The notes under the pieces are model-generated. The model searched no databases and had not been told where the DNA came from. It worked only from the letters and a program-made list of their open reading frames with translations. From the NCBI RefSeq assembly GCF_009914755.1, contig NC_060926.1: 64,000 nt of DNA, one strand, 5' to 3'. The DNA is from the human T2T-CHM13v2.0 reference genome, Homo sapiens. Below, piece by piece: positions 41,108 to 56,744 of the stretch; positions within the stretch are counted from its first letter, which is position 1, and each line of letters begins with the position of its first letter. The position numbers and the translations under genes are program-made.

Positions 41108-43175
41108 TCAGTACCGTCTTCAGTTTGCATCCAGTCTATTGGTCTTATAATCTGAGCACTGCTTCCAGTCTTCTCTCTTCCAGCAAAATCAGATCAGTAT
41201 CTGGAAGTAAATAATTCATAGGAAGTCCCTACACAATCTCTCTGCCTTGATCTGTCCTACTGGTTCTATTTTCCTCTCCTTTGATGCATTTCTTGTTACA
41301 GGGAATGAAAAGCAAACACAAATCACTTTTTTTTCTGGGTCATTACCGCAGAGAACCATTGTACACTGAGATCCCCTATATCTTGGAAACAGATATTTTA
41401 ATACAACTTGTTTTTATAAGTAGTCCCTTCTTTGTGGAGTGGTTTCAATTACAATAAAAAGGGAAACTGTCAGAAACTGTAATTCATTATCTTAGATTGG
41501 GACACAAATGCCAGCATTTCAAATTTATTTGTTTCAGCATTTTTCCTTGAATAACAACTTTCAGTACCTGAAGGCTTCCTAACATTCTACAAAAGGTCAT
41601 GGAAAGAAGTAAAGTGTTGTGAATTCATAAAATATGCACATTTTTATATATGTATGAGGAAGACATAAGTCCTTTATGACTTCTTTTGCTTTTATTTTCC
41701 TCTATTGATTTTTAGTTAGAGATGACTTTAGGTACATACAAATATGAAATTTATTTATCTTAATTCAAGTAAAATGTATTTCCACATATGTGATTAGCGA
41801 GGTTTAATAATTTAAATAAGATAATTGTGGTGGAAACTCTCTATAGTATTAATCATTACATGAAATTCTATTATTTGTTTTGTCGTTGATTTTGGTTCTC
41901 CTAGGAAAAAGGATTTTGACTTTCATTTTCACTGCTGGGTGCTCAGCACTGAGTAGAATGCCTGGGACTGAGTAAGCACTCAATAAATATTTGTATGTAT
42001 TAATTACTGTATGATCCATGTGGCTTCTCTAGCGTTGCATTTAATTCCATATTCTCTATTTTTTAAAAAGTGTTTGGCTTTTGCCTGAACTGTAACATTT
42101 CACAAAATTTCATAATTCCTAGATTCCAACAGGATTCGTTTATAAAAGATGTCTGTTCTTTGGGTATTGTCAGGATGAAAGCACAAGATTACTTATTTTG
42201 CTGTTGACCCTGGTGACTGTGAACTGTGGCCTCCCTGGGCTGGTTCCATTCGCTTGTTCACTTGCCCATGCTAACTACAGCTGCCCGTGTGTTTATTTTG
42301 GTCATGTATTTCAAAGGACCATTTCTACCCCAAAGTAAACAAACATAATGGAACAGCTGTGACTGATAAAAACTCCCAGGCATAATCATCACCCGCTTGT
42401 ACATATCCTGTGGTTTCAGATTTAATTTTAAAAATTTTCCCTTAACTCTTGATTCACGATTGGGACTGTGGAGTCCATGGAAAATGACTGCAAAACTGTT
42501 CTGTCCCCTGAGGAGGCACAGATGAAGAAGAACAATGGAAGTTGTCCTCCTTCCTGCCCGGGCAATGGGGATGCTGGCTGTGGGCTGTGGGCTGCAGGGC
42601 CGTGCCCCCCTGGTGCGAAGGTTGCTGGACCAGTGAGTGGGTGGATGAGGCAGGCTGTAATGTCCCCAGGTTGCAAGTCTCACATGGAGAATAGGCCGTG
42701 GGTTGATGCTGGGGCCAGGCATAAGTCTGGACAAGGACCCTCGTGAGAGATACCCCCACATAGCTAGGGCAAGCTCTGAGACCACTAGGGTCCACAAGTC
42801 TCAGGGGGGACCGCGGTGGCTCTTGGCTGGACAGAGCCTAGAAACTGTCCCCCAACAGCCTGGCACTGGACAAGGACCACATCCCTTTGTCATCCTGTCC
42901 ACACAGCAAGTGCAGCCATCAGCCTCATAAGTTCTAAGAGATCTCTATCATGATGAAAGCTGTGAGATCCCAAGCGTTTTATTTGTTTTATGAATGCTAG
43001 ATTACACCTTATTTATATGTGAAAAAAATACTCCTTTCCGAAATCATTCATGAGCTTTGGAGTTCCTTATGAGCCACAAACCACGGATGCTTTTGATAGA
43101 GCTAACCATTGTGGTGGATCAACAATGCATTTAAACTTGAGACAGTCCTCAAAACATCCAACGTATGATCCATAT

Positions 43176-43448
43176 GTTACCATACGGTAACATGCAATCC
43201 CATATGAACCATCAGTCCCACTTCGTTACCATACGGTAACATGCAATCCCATATGAACCATCAGTCCCACTTCGTTACCATACGGTAACATGCAATCCCA
43301 TATGAACCATCAGTCCCACTTCGTTACCATACGGTAACATGCAATCCCATATGAACCATCAGTCTCACTTCGTTACCATACGGTAACATGCAATCCCATA
43401 GGAATCATCAGTCCCACTTCGTTACCATACGGTAACATGCAATCCCAT
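43176..43448. repeat. 49-bp minisatellite, about 5.6 copies, each with an internal palindrome
   Basis: Unit GTTACCATACGGTAACATGCAATCCCATATGAACCATCAGTCCCACTTC starts at 43176, 43225, 43274, 43323, 43372 and 43421. Confidence 0.97.
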
Positions 43449-43960
43449 GTTCACAGAACATGATTCAGAAAAGCCCACCTTTCCAGTGGTGGGAACAACC
43501 CAAATGGCAATCAACAACTGAGGGTATAAACAAAATGGTGGTCTGTTGATACATGGAATATTATTTAGCCTTTAGAAGGCAGGAAATTCTGATACATGCT
43601 ACAATATGGGTGAACCCTGAAAACCTCATACTAAGTGAAATAAGCCAGCCATAAAAGGAAAAATATTCCACTTATATGAGGTTCCTAGCGTAGTCAAATG
43701 CATAGAGACCAAAAGTAGAATGGTAGGTACCAGAGGCTGGAGAAGGAAGAATGAATGGGAAGTTAGTGTTGAATGGGGAACGATGAAGTTTGGGAGTTTG
43801 GGATGATGAAAAAGTTCTGGAAATTGACAGTAGTGATAGTTGCACAGCAATGTGAGTGTACTTAATGCCACTGAAGTGCACACTTAACATAGCTACAGTG
43901 GTAATTTTGTATGTATATTTTCCCACCAACAAACAGAAAACAAAAAACCCAAAAAAGCTG
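43449..43960 (+). mobile_element. L1MB-type 3' end
   Basis: ACAACCCAAATG...ATGGAATATTATTTAGCC...CTAAGTGAAATAAGCCAG...GTACTTAATGCCACTGAA followed by an A-rich tail. Confidence 0.8.
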
Positions 43961-44892
43961 AAACAGAATAAGTATTTGCAAAAGAAATTACAGAAAATTC
44001 TTCTGAGGATGAATAAAGGTGATCATTAATCAAGTCTCTGTCTCATGAGGCTGCATAGCTTACACTCCTTTGAACAGTGGATACATGTGCATGTAATCCC
44101 TTCATCGGCTGGGAGCTTCCTGCCCCTTGCTTTATGAGAGAAGCTTTCTCAAAGGATCCCACTTTCCTACCTCCAGTTCCATGCTCTGTTAACATCCCAA
44201 GTCCTCTACAGGATTTTTGGGCAGGCCTGTGGACTTGAGTCATGGGGTCCCCTGCAGCTCCTGTCTGTGACTCAGCCTGTGGTGTCTTGTCCACTCCCAC
44301 ACCCACCTGGGAACAGAACTTGGCACTTTCACCGATTTCCTTGGGACATAGAATCAGGACCCACACAGGGCTCAAGACAAGACACTCCCACACCCACGTG
44401 GGATTCGACCCTGGTGGATTCTACCCTTCTTCACTTATGACAGCTTTGCCATGTATCCTGAGAGCTGGCTGGCAAGCGCGTCCCACTGCTCTTTTTCCAG
44501 AACATCCTAATGATTCATGAGCTTTCCACTTAATTGTGAATTTGAGGAACAGTTTGTCGGTGTCCATGTGAAATCTTGTTGGGATTTTGGTTAGAATTTC
44601 ACTGAATTTATAGATTAATTTAGGGTACAGTTGATGTCTGTGGAGTCTTCTCATCAATAATGTGGTATTTTTTCTCTATTACCTTGAGTCTGATTTTTAA
44701 AGATCCTTCACCATAGTCTTAGCGTTCAGACAGGCAGAGCACACTTCCTGACTTCCTGTTGCATTTGTTCTTAGGTGTTTTTTGTAGTTTTTGCTGATAT
44801 TATGAAGGAGGGCTCTTTTTCTGTTCCATTTTCTAGTTGGTTATTGGTGCTGTAGAGGAAAGCCACTGAAGGCAGTATATGTGGATCTGAAG

Positions 44893-45615
<723 letters not shown>

Positions 45616-46863
45616 TAGTTGGCCAAGGCCCCCATGCTACACAACTCCAGGGAGCACTGCACACATGCATTCTGTATAAATGGCAGCTGTGAGGGGTGAG
45701 TGTCTAGGCAGCACTGCTTGAATCTCTTAGGTTTTCTATGTAGCTAATTATGTATCTGCAAAGAATGTCTCTTTTCCTTCTGTTTGAATTTTATTCCTTG
45801 TATTCTTTTTTCTTACCATTGTATTGGCTGAAACTTCTGGTAAAAGTGCTGCAGGATAGAATAATGAGCACATTTGATTTTTTTTTCTGACTTTAATGAA
45901 AATGCTTGTGCTACTTCACCATTCAGAGTGATCATTGCTATAGATTTCTTTTTTATCAAGTAAATGCTCTTTATTATGTACTTTTTGATTCTTAGTTTCC
46001 AATGACTTTTGTTTTCAATCATGCACATGCATTTTTAATTCATCAAAGCCCTTTTATTTGGCAAATATTGAGATTCTTTGCTCCATAAACCTATTATTGG
46101 AGAGAATTACACTGATATATTTTTGAAGTACTGACTCACCTCTGGATTACTGGGATAAAGGCTCCTTGGACACGATGTATTTTTAACTGTTTTCCTATGA
46201 AATATAAAGAGAAAATGCGTAAAACATATATGTACAGTTTAATGAATTACTCTGCATTGAACACCAGAGTCACCACTATTCAAGACAAGAGACAGAACCT
46301 CTCTCTGAATGCCCCTTCCCAGTCACAGCACCTTCTCACCCCTTCAGCCAGTCACAATCTCAACTTTTATTGTAGCTACTTTCTCATTTTCTTTATACTT
46401 TTTAGCCTAAATATGCATCTCCAAACACTATAATTTTATTTTGCCATTTTGACCTTTATATAAATGGAAACAATCATACAGTTTGTTTTGCTTGTCTGGC
46501 TTCTTTCCTGGCCTTTCTACTCTCTAGGTACCTGTACTGGTTTATTTTGTCTGTTGTTTGTATTGGTTCTCATTCATGTGGTCTTGTTTACTTATCTGTC
46601 TGGTTGTCTTTACTTGTGTAGTGAAGAGGGTATTGTTGTTGGTTTTATTTATTTTTCAGGAAAAAATGAGAACAGTTGTATATTTTCTTCTTTCAGAGGA
46701 GTTTCATTTATGCGTGAGTCACCTATGAGTTCACTACGAGTCATTGGCAATCTAGGATCACTTTAATCTAATTTCAGGGTTTGAGAGATTATCTGCATCA
46801 TTCTGCTGATTCAGAGCTGGACCATAAGAACTGGCTTCCTCCGGTTCACCCTAACTTCTAGGA

Positions 46864-47051
46864 AGTGGTGTGCTGTAGCCATGAGAACCGACTGTGCACT
46901 CTTTTCTCAGCTCTGTGTCCAGCAATGTCATACTGGCAGCATGAAATTGGCCTTGGTAGGAGTATTTACACCATGGCAGTTAGCAGATGTTGCAAACAAG
47001 GGCTTTGTATCTTGGAGAGCCAGTTGTTAAGAATTTATTACTACATGACTG
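46864..47051. mobile_element. MER63-like hAT DNA transposon fossil
   Basis: AGTGGTGTGCTG...GGAGTATTTACACCATGG...GAGAGCCAGTTGTTAA. Confidence 0.5.
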
Positions 47052-47249
47052 CTACGAGGGGTCAGCTCTTTGAGGTTTCTACCTAAAATGGGGGGTTGTT
47101 TTCTAGGCTTCCTGCCCTGGGCAGGCCTCAGACTTCAGATTTTTCCCTGAAGCCTGGCAAGGCTGAAACATACAACCCAGCCTCTCAGCCCCCTCTTCCA
47201 CATCAGCAAAAGACCATCTTGGCTGAAGCAATCTTAAAAACTGGTATCA

Positions 47250-48165
<916 letters not shown>

Positions 48166-48759
48166 TTATTTAATTTCTTTTTGTTTCTTCCATTGGCTTA
48201 GACAAGTAGATAAATGGAACCGAAAAGAGAACTCAGAAGAAAAAACCCATGCATGCAGCAATTTCTCTGCAGGTACCTCGGAAAGAACTGAATGGTTTCC
48301 CATGACACCCATCATTATGAGTATCTTTGGGAAGTTGAGGTTGACTAGGGGCAATGGCCAAGGTGACTGTAGTTTTTTTCTGTAATGCTTGACATTTTTA
48401 CTAAGAGAAAGTTTTTGATGTATTTATGAAGAAGCATATTAATGTGTGAATACAATCTACCATCTACTATCACCAATATGTCCCTAAATGAAAGACCTTT
48501 AAAGTCAGTAAAGCAAAAGAGATATTTTAAAAGGAACATTTAAAAAATTATAATTAATATATTTAACTTTATGAGAAGTCTCTTGCGCGCACACACACAC
48601 ACGCACATCCCCAAAGAGCACGTGACTAAAAACGGTTCAGCTGCAAATAATAATATGTTAGATTAACACCAGTCTCAGCAGACGGAGTGAGTCAGACATG
48701 CTTCACACACCTCTCTGAGTCCCTTTGGCATGGCGGTCCATGGCCCCTCAGACTTTTGT

Positions 48760-49275
48760 TCTGTCATCAGGACCCACTACTCACTTGCCCTGGGAGAGCC
48801 AGGCACCCCCTCCGATTGTTGCTGTGCATTCAAAGTGACCAGCTGTGCAGCTGGAGTTCCTGACTTCCCTTACCCCTCCCACCACCTCGCAGGGCATGTG
48901 ATCAGGCATCCTAAACAACTGCCCAGGAGGTCTGAGATGACACCTGGAGGCCAGCGAGTTCACACCTTGTGGGGCAAATCTCTGACTAATCAGAAACAAG
49001 AGATGAGAGGGAGTTGTGAAGGTAACTGCCTTTCCCTCCTTCTTGTTGACAGACTGTTTTAAGACGTTGATCTCTACAGCCTGGCCAGAGGCATCCCATA
49101 TGTCCAGCTGGCACATCTGCCAAACACCCTCAGTGTCCATTTGTGAGACAGTGGGTGCTGTGGCAATATGTCACCCTGCCTTCCTTCTCATCCTAACGTG
49201 ACCCTTTGTCAGGGTTCTTTACTCTGGCAAACTGAGCACCAGCACTTAATCTTTGTCTCAGGCTCAGCTCAAGAT
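48760..49275 (+). mobile_element. LTR16-like (ERVL) LTR remnant
   Basis: GGGGCAAATCTCTGACTAAT...TAATCTTTGTCTCAGGCTC motifs. Confidence 0.4.
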
Positions 49276-52200
49276 ATGAAATAGTACTTATTTTCCTCAT
49301 TTAGCAAGAAATGTGGAGGTGAACAGACTAGGGATAGTGAAGTGTCTTTAGGGACCCACCCTCTTTCTACCTTCCTGTTTCGCCATTCCTCATATGTGGC
49401 TTTTGTCCTCACCATCACAATAGGGCTGCCGTAACTCCAGACCTTTCATTCATATTCCAGGAAGGAAGAAAAGGGAATGAAAAGGGGATAAATAGCTGTG
49501 TTCTAGTAAGGTTTTATCTTTTTATTCAGGACAGCAGGCACTGTTCAGGTGTCACATAGCAACTACTACCTTCAGGAGTAGTTCAGAAATTTTCTAATTA
49601 ATTCCTACTTTTTATAGTAGGGGCAGATTAGTAAGAAGGAGGTTTAGAATGGGAGTTGAGTGCCAACCTATATGATTTGTTGAAAGTGGGAATGGAAACC
49701 AAGGACAGGAACTTACTTTGCACAACTCACATCACATGATATATTTCACTGGCTCTGTCTTCCTGCTCTCAACCTAGGAGAAAACAAATTCTTCTTTTTG
49801 CTTCCTGCAGGACAAGTTTTCTCTCTTTCTTCAAAACTAAAAATTGGGATTCCATAGTAGAAATTTTAAAAATCATTTATTTTTAAAAACAATGTTAGGT
49901 AAACATTTAAAAAGTGAGAGATTTCACATAAGCACCTAGATTTCCTTGAAAAATTTGGAAGAACTGGCCAAGTTCCTCTCAAAATTGACTAGTGCTGAAG
50001 AGTAACGCCCCGCTATAAGATGGTGCAGGTCAGCATCCACATCTCTCTATGGCCTTCACCAGCCTGGGGCTGTCCCAGGCCTTACCTACCCGCTGGCTTC
50101 TGGGGGGTTCTGCGCTACCACAGGATCCTGGATGCAGCTGAGCCCTCTTCTGTAATGACTTACCTTCTGCAAGAAAGTTTGCAATTAAAGAGGATTCTGC
50201 CCTAAAACAGCTCTGATTCTAGCTGCTAAGAAAATTGTGTTTCCTCTTTCCTTGTTACACATGCTTAAAGCCTGGCCCCGTAACCCCTTAAAGTGATTTT
50301 AAAGAATCTGATACAATAAAAAACCTCCTAGAATTAGCTCTTGAAGAAGAAGGTCATAGTATATAAAGGAAGCCATGACTTCACCATCGGGACCAGGTCA
50401 TTCCTTTTTAAAAACTCAACATATTTATTCACAGGCATTAAAGATTCACAATTGATCACCTGTGTTCATGTGTGTAAGATATCACTCATTGTTTTTCTTA
50501 TTTTTTTTTTCCTATTTACTTTCATTTATTTCAAATGGGTACACCTCGCAGAGGGAGCACATGGATAGACTTTGTAATATTGATGAACCCATGAAGTTGA
50601 CAAAAGAGGATTTTGGCAGGTACGATTATAATCAAAGAAAGTGTTGTTTCATGGCCTTTTATTTTTGTCTTGCATTTATTTAGAAAGATCCAGAATTGTA
50701 TATGAAAACACAATATTTTCAGCTTTCCTCCATTTCCCTTTTTTTTGGCTTTTGAAATATTATAAAGAATACATCTCTTATTGTATAGTGAGAGGTAAGA
50801 TGGTATTTTACAACGTATTTGACATATCAATGTCTGACAAATGCCTGATGAAAATTATTTATAAACTGCACTGAGGTGTTTTTCTTGGTTTTAAAGTTTG
50901 TAGTCAATTTTACTATATGCTATTTGGAAAATAAAAATATATTTTACATAAAATATATTTATGTATAAAAAGTTTTAAGTAAAACATATTTTACATAAAT
51001 CAACACCAACATAAGAACAGAATATAGAATATTATGATGTGGTGTCTGATTAGGTTTATGTGACTAAGCATTATGGGAAAAACTATCCTGGTTATAGTGA
51101 ACGTCCTCTTTCTGTATGACAAAGGCTATTCTTTCCGAAGAATCCTGAATATGAAGAACCAGTGGAAGCATTCCTGTATCATATCACATCATGATGTCAT
51201 ACAAAGATGCAATAAAAACTCCAATAATTATATTTCAACCTACCTAAGTACGGTGTTCTTGGACTCTCCAAATATACATAGGTATTTAAATTTTCTTTTC
51301 TTGTGGGATGACAAAGAATGTTACATATTGAACCAGCAATAATTGTAAATGATGTTTCGATCTGAGATGCAGCAGGGGTTTGTGACTTTAGAAATTAATG
51401 AAGTTATGTAAGAAGGTGAATTTTAGAAGGTAATTAGTCATGAGATAGGGCCACATTTATCTCTAAGTGTGTTCTATGACCCAACTTTAATAGAGGGGTC
51501 TAAGACACCAACAAAGTCCCGCGTCTGAACATGTCAGGCTTTCCCCGCCTGGGACCTGGCTTTGGCTATCCAGATACCGGGGGTGCTGGTAGTCTTACGG
51601 TTTCTCATTCATAAAAATTTCATAAGTGAGAGTAGCTTTGGGCAGATTGAGAGCAGGCAGAGACACTATATCAGCTACTCATTTCATTCTGAATAATTTC
51701 CCCAGCAAGTTTCCGGTGTTTCTGTAAATGTGGAACTAACTGGCTTAATTCAACATTTTCTGGGGAATTGAGTGTCGAGAGTCAGAAGTTCTGTGATATG
51801 TTCACATAGTGTTCTGTGTTTCATTTCCTTAGGGATCTTCTTTAATGACTATGTTTTTTAAAAAGGGAGAAAAAGCCAAGTGAAAAGGAACAGGCGAAAG
51901 AAAGGAAAAATCCTCTCGCCGAAATCACAGGCAATCTTGGAGTCATTTTAGTGAAGACGCATTTCTGAAGCTTTTAATCTGCAGCTGCACGAGGCGAGAT
52001 GCTGAGCCACCGCAATCCAAACCCTTCAGAAGATGAAGCTGTGTGTGCACAAAATCGCCTCCTTATTGCATTGCTCTCTCGGAGGCTGGATGTGTGGAGA
52101 ATTCTAGGGAGGTTGGCGTGGGCGTGGACTTCGGGTGCTGTGTCGTGGGGAGGCCTGAGGGCGTGTCCGCCTGTCTGCCATACACTCCCAGAGCTGCTCA

Positions 52201-55200
52201 CCAGGCAGCTAGATTGAGGGTGAGGTTAGAGTGGCACATGGCTCTGTACCCCATTGGGTACCTCCAGCAGGCCGGGCACTGCAGCCCCTTGGCCTCCGGC
52301 ACTCTGCGAGGGAACATGCTGGCATGAGTTTGCTGGTCCCGATGGGGAAGAGTCAGGGATCCCTGAGAGAGCCTGTCAGGAGGAGAGAAGGGACGCTGGG
52401 GTGAAAGGGAGGAAGGAGGTGGCAGAAGAGGCCTCGAGGATGACGTGGGGCTGTAGATGCAGGAGGCAGCTGGAGCCTGTGGCACTGGGGCATGGCGGGC
52501 CTCAAGGATTTCACTGCCACCCTTGCCGAGGAGGGTACCCTGAGGTAGGTGCACCCCTCTGTGCAGTCAGGGATGTAGGGGAGAGGCTCAGGGAAGTCTG
52601 GGGACCTCCCAAGCCACAGATCTGGGCCCTGTTTCCTCTTTGTATAGTCCCAGAGCAGGACTCAGGGGTGCTCAGAGAGCTCTCGCCCCTAAAACTCCAC
52701 CACGGCCCCTCCCTCCACCCCAAGGCTAAAGCCCCGGCCAGACCCCCTGGCCAAGTGCCTGAGTTCTCCATGGCCCTTGGCTGTTCGAGGCAGGCAAGAG
52801 CCCATCCTGCCTGAACCCCAGTTCCCAGCTCCCAGCTCAGGGTGGGGAGAAATCAGGGTTCCCCCAGTGCCATCTAATCAGTGGTGATGCACCAGCTGCC
52901 CTCGCTGGGGCCAGATCCCTGGCTTCTTCCTGCATGATCCCTAGGCTTCCTCCCAAGGAGCTGGTGGTCAGAATTCCTCAGCAGGTGAACAGAAAGCCAG
53001 GAAAACATCTTCCCAGGGACCTTGCCCAGCCCCAGGTGCAGCTGTTGTTCTGGAAAATTACTGCACTGCATTTCAGAAGCATCTCTAATCCCCAAATCTG
53101 TCATCGCCTTGCCCACCCTGGCCCAGCTTTTGTAAAAGGGCAAAGAGAAGAGCAGGTGAGAATCAATTCACAGAATCGCAGCCGTTCTGCCCCCTTCAGC
53201 TTCCAGCTCGGGCTCGCCTGGGAGCTGAGCCGCACCGGCTCTCTCTTTTGTCTGAAACAAGCAGCAGGATTGTTTTGCTCAGTGTTGTCAGAGTTGTTTT
53301 TAAACAGCCGCCCATCGTGCTGCAGGGAGGGAGGGCGAGACACATGTGGATCAACAATGAGATGGGTCTTGGCCTCGGGACGGGATGCCCGGGTCGGGGA
53401 GTGCAGCTTTGATCTGGCAGGCCGGCCTGAAGAACAAAGCCGGTCTCCTGGTCCCTCCTCGGCTGTGCCCAGCTGCACTCACTCTGAAGCTGAATCTTGG
53501 CAGTTGTGATTCTTCTGCTGGCAAAACGGAGATGGCAGGCCCCCTGGGTCTGGGCTGTTGAATGCCACGCGGGCAGGGGGCCTCTCCTTCCCCCACTGGC
53601 ACGGGCTGTTGGAAACCCGTCAGTTCGGACTCTGAGCTGTGCCCCCCAACAGACAACATAATAGGACCCAAATCAGATACTCGTGAGCCAGGCAGTGACT
53701 TGGGCTCGCTTTGATTGGTGTGTGAGGCACAAATAAACAGAAAATGTCTATAAACTTCTTTTAGTTGGAATCAGAAGTGGGCTTTACTTGGATTACTCCT
53801 CCCCAGGGAGGGGCATGACAACCTATTTTTAAAGGCTCAAGTGGAAAAGTCCTTTTGCAGCTGTGAAAACACCCTCAGGGGTCAGCCCCCCCACCTCCCT
53901 GCCCCCCAAGGCTCTGTTAACCGCAATGGGGATGTGGTCTCCTTGATACGGGTTCGTGCCACGGTTCTAGGGCAGCAGGGAGGGAGGGAGGCCGGTGTTT
54001 ACTGCTCTTCCTTGGGAGAGACCGAGGTGGAAACATGACGGAGAAGCGTAAAACCTGGAGAGATTTCTACGTCCTCCAGTGGGTCATTGAATGTTCTCAG
54101 GCTTCAGTGACAGCCCTTCCCTTTCATTTTTCTAAACGCGAGTGCATTCGTAGCGGCACTGAGAAGCTGAGATGTCTGATGCTGACTCCTGCTCGCAGGA
54201 AGAGATGGCTCTTTTGTTTCATACATTTGCAGCACGGCCCTCGTAAGAGCGGGCCTTTACTGGAAAACTGGACACATGTCATCTGGGGCTGTGAACACAT
54301 ATCCATAGTAAGTTGAAATCCAAAGGAGACCTTGGATCGTTGCATTTTGGTTCAGAACATCTGGAAGGCTCCACTGCTAAATTTTCTAAACTATAAACTG
54401 CCATGACATGGAGCCTCATCATAGCCTCAGCCAGTTCCCCAGGATTACACTCTGGGAGGGCAGAGTGTAATTTGCAGAGCATCTCCACATGCATCTTTTC
54501 TCTCAGTCCCCTGGGTGCTGGGGGAGGGATTTGTTGTGGCCGGCATGATCCTATTTTACACAGGAAGAAACAGACACCCAGAGGGTTTTTGGAAATGCCC
54601 AAGAACCCTCATTTCTGCAAGTCAAATTTCACCCCAGATACAAAGAGGCACCTCATGGTGACAGGGAAAAGCATCTAAAGAGAATTTCCTTCTTGTTCCT
54701 GGGCGTGAGTGTGAAAATGGGTTCTGCTAGCTTTTGTGCACGTCTGTGGTTATTTTAATGAATAGCTGTGTAAACATTATTCTTTTTGCAATTTTCTTCA
54801 GCAAGTTGTGACTGCAGGCTCCCTCTTCCCTGATGCCCAGAGGGAGCACAGTTCGATTTAAGGACCGGGCAAATGGATGTCATCCGTGTACTCCACCCAT
54901 TCCTGCCCCAAAAGGCCAACTTTCCGTTGACCATTATTTTGGATTATCTGAGTTTTGGCGCTTCTCTGGCAAGTCACTGTGTATCTCTGAGCCTCAGGCT
55001 CCCCTCTGTGCACAGGGAGAGTGCCAGGAGGGTCCTTGCCCCCAGGGCATGGGGATTAAATGAGCTACTGCACACGCAGTGCTCACCTCAGTTCCCGGCA
55101 CATTTGTGTTATGAGATGGAGTGCACAGAAACAAAGGAGTAAAGATGGAGAGGCCCAGGAGACAGAAGGCAGCACAGCTGCCTGAGTGAGGCTAAACATG

Positions 55201-56685
55201 AGCCCCGGCAGGCAGCATGGGCACAGAGAGAGCACGAGACAGGACGCTCCATACCCAAATCAAGGCTCCAAAGCTTTGGGTCAGAGGCATCTTGCCCTGG
55301 AGCCAGAGGTTGCTGGCAAATGTTTATCAACCAGTTGTGTGGGGTGGGGGTGGGGGACGCTTTCATCTGTAGCATCTGCCCATGTCTCTGGTGTAAATAT
55401 TCCCATTGTAGCAGATGTCAAGCTACTGATATGATGCCACTGAAAGCAGAGATGGGAAGATGCATTGTCAGCTTTTGGGAACCCAAGTGAACTCCATGAC
55501 AGCACTGAAAAGGCATCTGACACCAGAGCTGGGCCCAGGGTAGAGTCCACTAAGCCTTCACAGTCCTCATCTCACATGATCCCCTCAATAGCCCACACAT
55601 GAGGGGCTCCTGGGCAAGGGAACAAGCGGGCTCCAGCACACCACTGCCTAGAGTGCATCATGGTTTGAATGCTGGATGTGAACAGAGAGGGAAGTGGCTT
55701 TTCTTTCACCTGCCTCCTGGGTCACAGCAGCTCCAGGCACTGGCAGATGCAATCACGGCATCATGGCGTGGAAGGTGCTATAGAAACCATTTTGTTTCAT
55801 CTCTCGGTCAAAGCAGGGATCTCTTTTCAAAGAGACACTCTTGGGAGGTGGTCCCCCAGCTCTCTGCCTTCCACAGGACCCTGGCATTGCTGGGCAGTTT
55901 GATTCCTTGGAGAAGTGTCTCTGTATTGAGCTGAAGTCAGTCTCTTGTCGCTTCCACCTTCCACCACGGCTTGGTCATCGGCGGTTCCTCCTGCATCTCC
56001 TGTGTGAACACCAGCCTGTGTCTGACCCCAGCTCTCATGGGCCCAGGTTTTCTCTCTTCCCGCTCAACTTGGCCAGTCCTAGTCAAGAGCCATGGCCCCC
56101 AGTTCTTTCCTGTTGGAGCTTCAGAAGTCTCTTCAGAGCATCATCCTAAGTCAATAAGTGTCCTCAGGACTGAGAAGAAGGTGTCTTTGGGGCACTGTTA
56201 ATTAACATTTCAAAATCACATTCCCAAATCTAAATGAATTCCTCTACATACACAGATAAACAACCAGGACAACTTTTACAACCCTACAAAAGTGTACTAA
56301 AAGAGTATGATTTTTTGTATTAAAAGAGAGCTCTAAGAATTTTCCATAATACAGACCAGCGGCTGCCTCCATCCTGCCCACTCACCCCTTAGCCCTTTGC
56401 CTGCTGCCATTTCACCCTTTTGGCGGCCTTGGGACCCTGCCCCTGATGTCCTCTGCCTGACTTTCTGGGCTCCGCTGTTCCAGCTTTTCATTCCCCTTTG
56501 CCCTAATTGCAGCCTTTGGCCTAGTATCACCTGCCCAGAGCTCCTTGTTGTCAGGTTCAGCTGCCTTCTTGGTCTGGAGGCCTCTTACTTGCAATTGTTC
56601 AAGGCTGTGCCCGAAAGGGAGCTCTTTCAGAAGCTGTCCTTGTTTGCTCCAACCTCCGGCAGCTCTGAGAGCCCTTCTGCACTCA

Positions 56686-56744
56686 CAGGCTACACCACTC
56701 TGCTGACTTTCAGGCTACACCACTCCGCTGACTTTCAGGCTACA
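56686..56744. repeat. 25-bp tandem repeat, about 2.3 copies
   Basis: CAGGCTACACCACTC(T/C)GCTGACTTT at 56686 and 56711, partial copy at 56736. Confidence 0.9.

Noticed and set aside
43176-43448. CRISPR-like array (palindromic repeats at regular spacing)
   Set aside because: The intervening sequences are identical rather than unique spacers, there are no cas genes, and the context is primate genomic DNA. It is a minisatellite.
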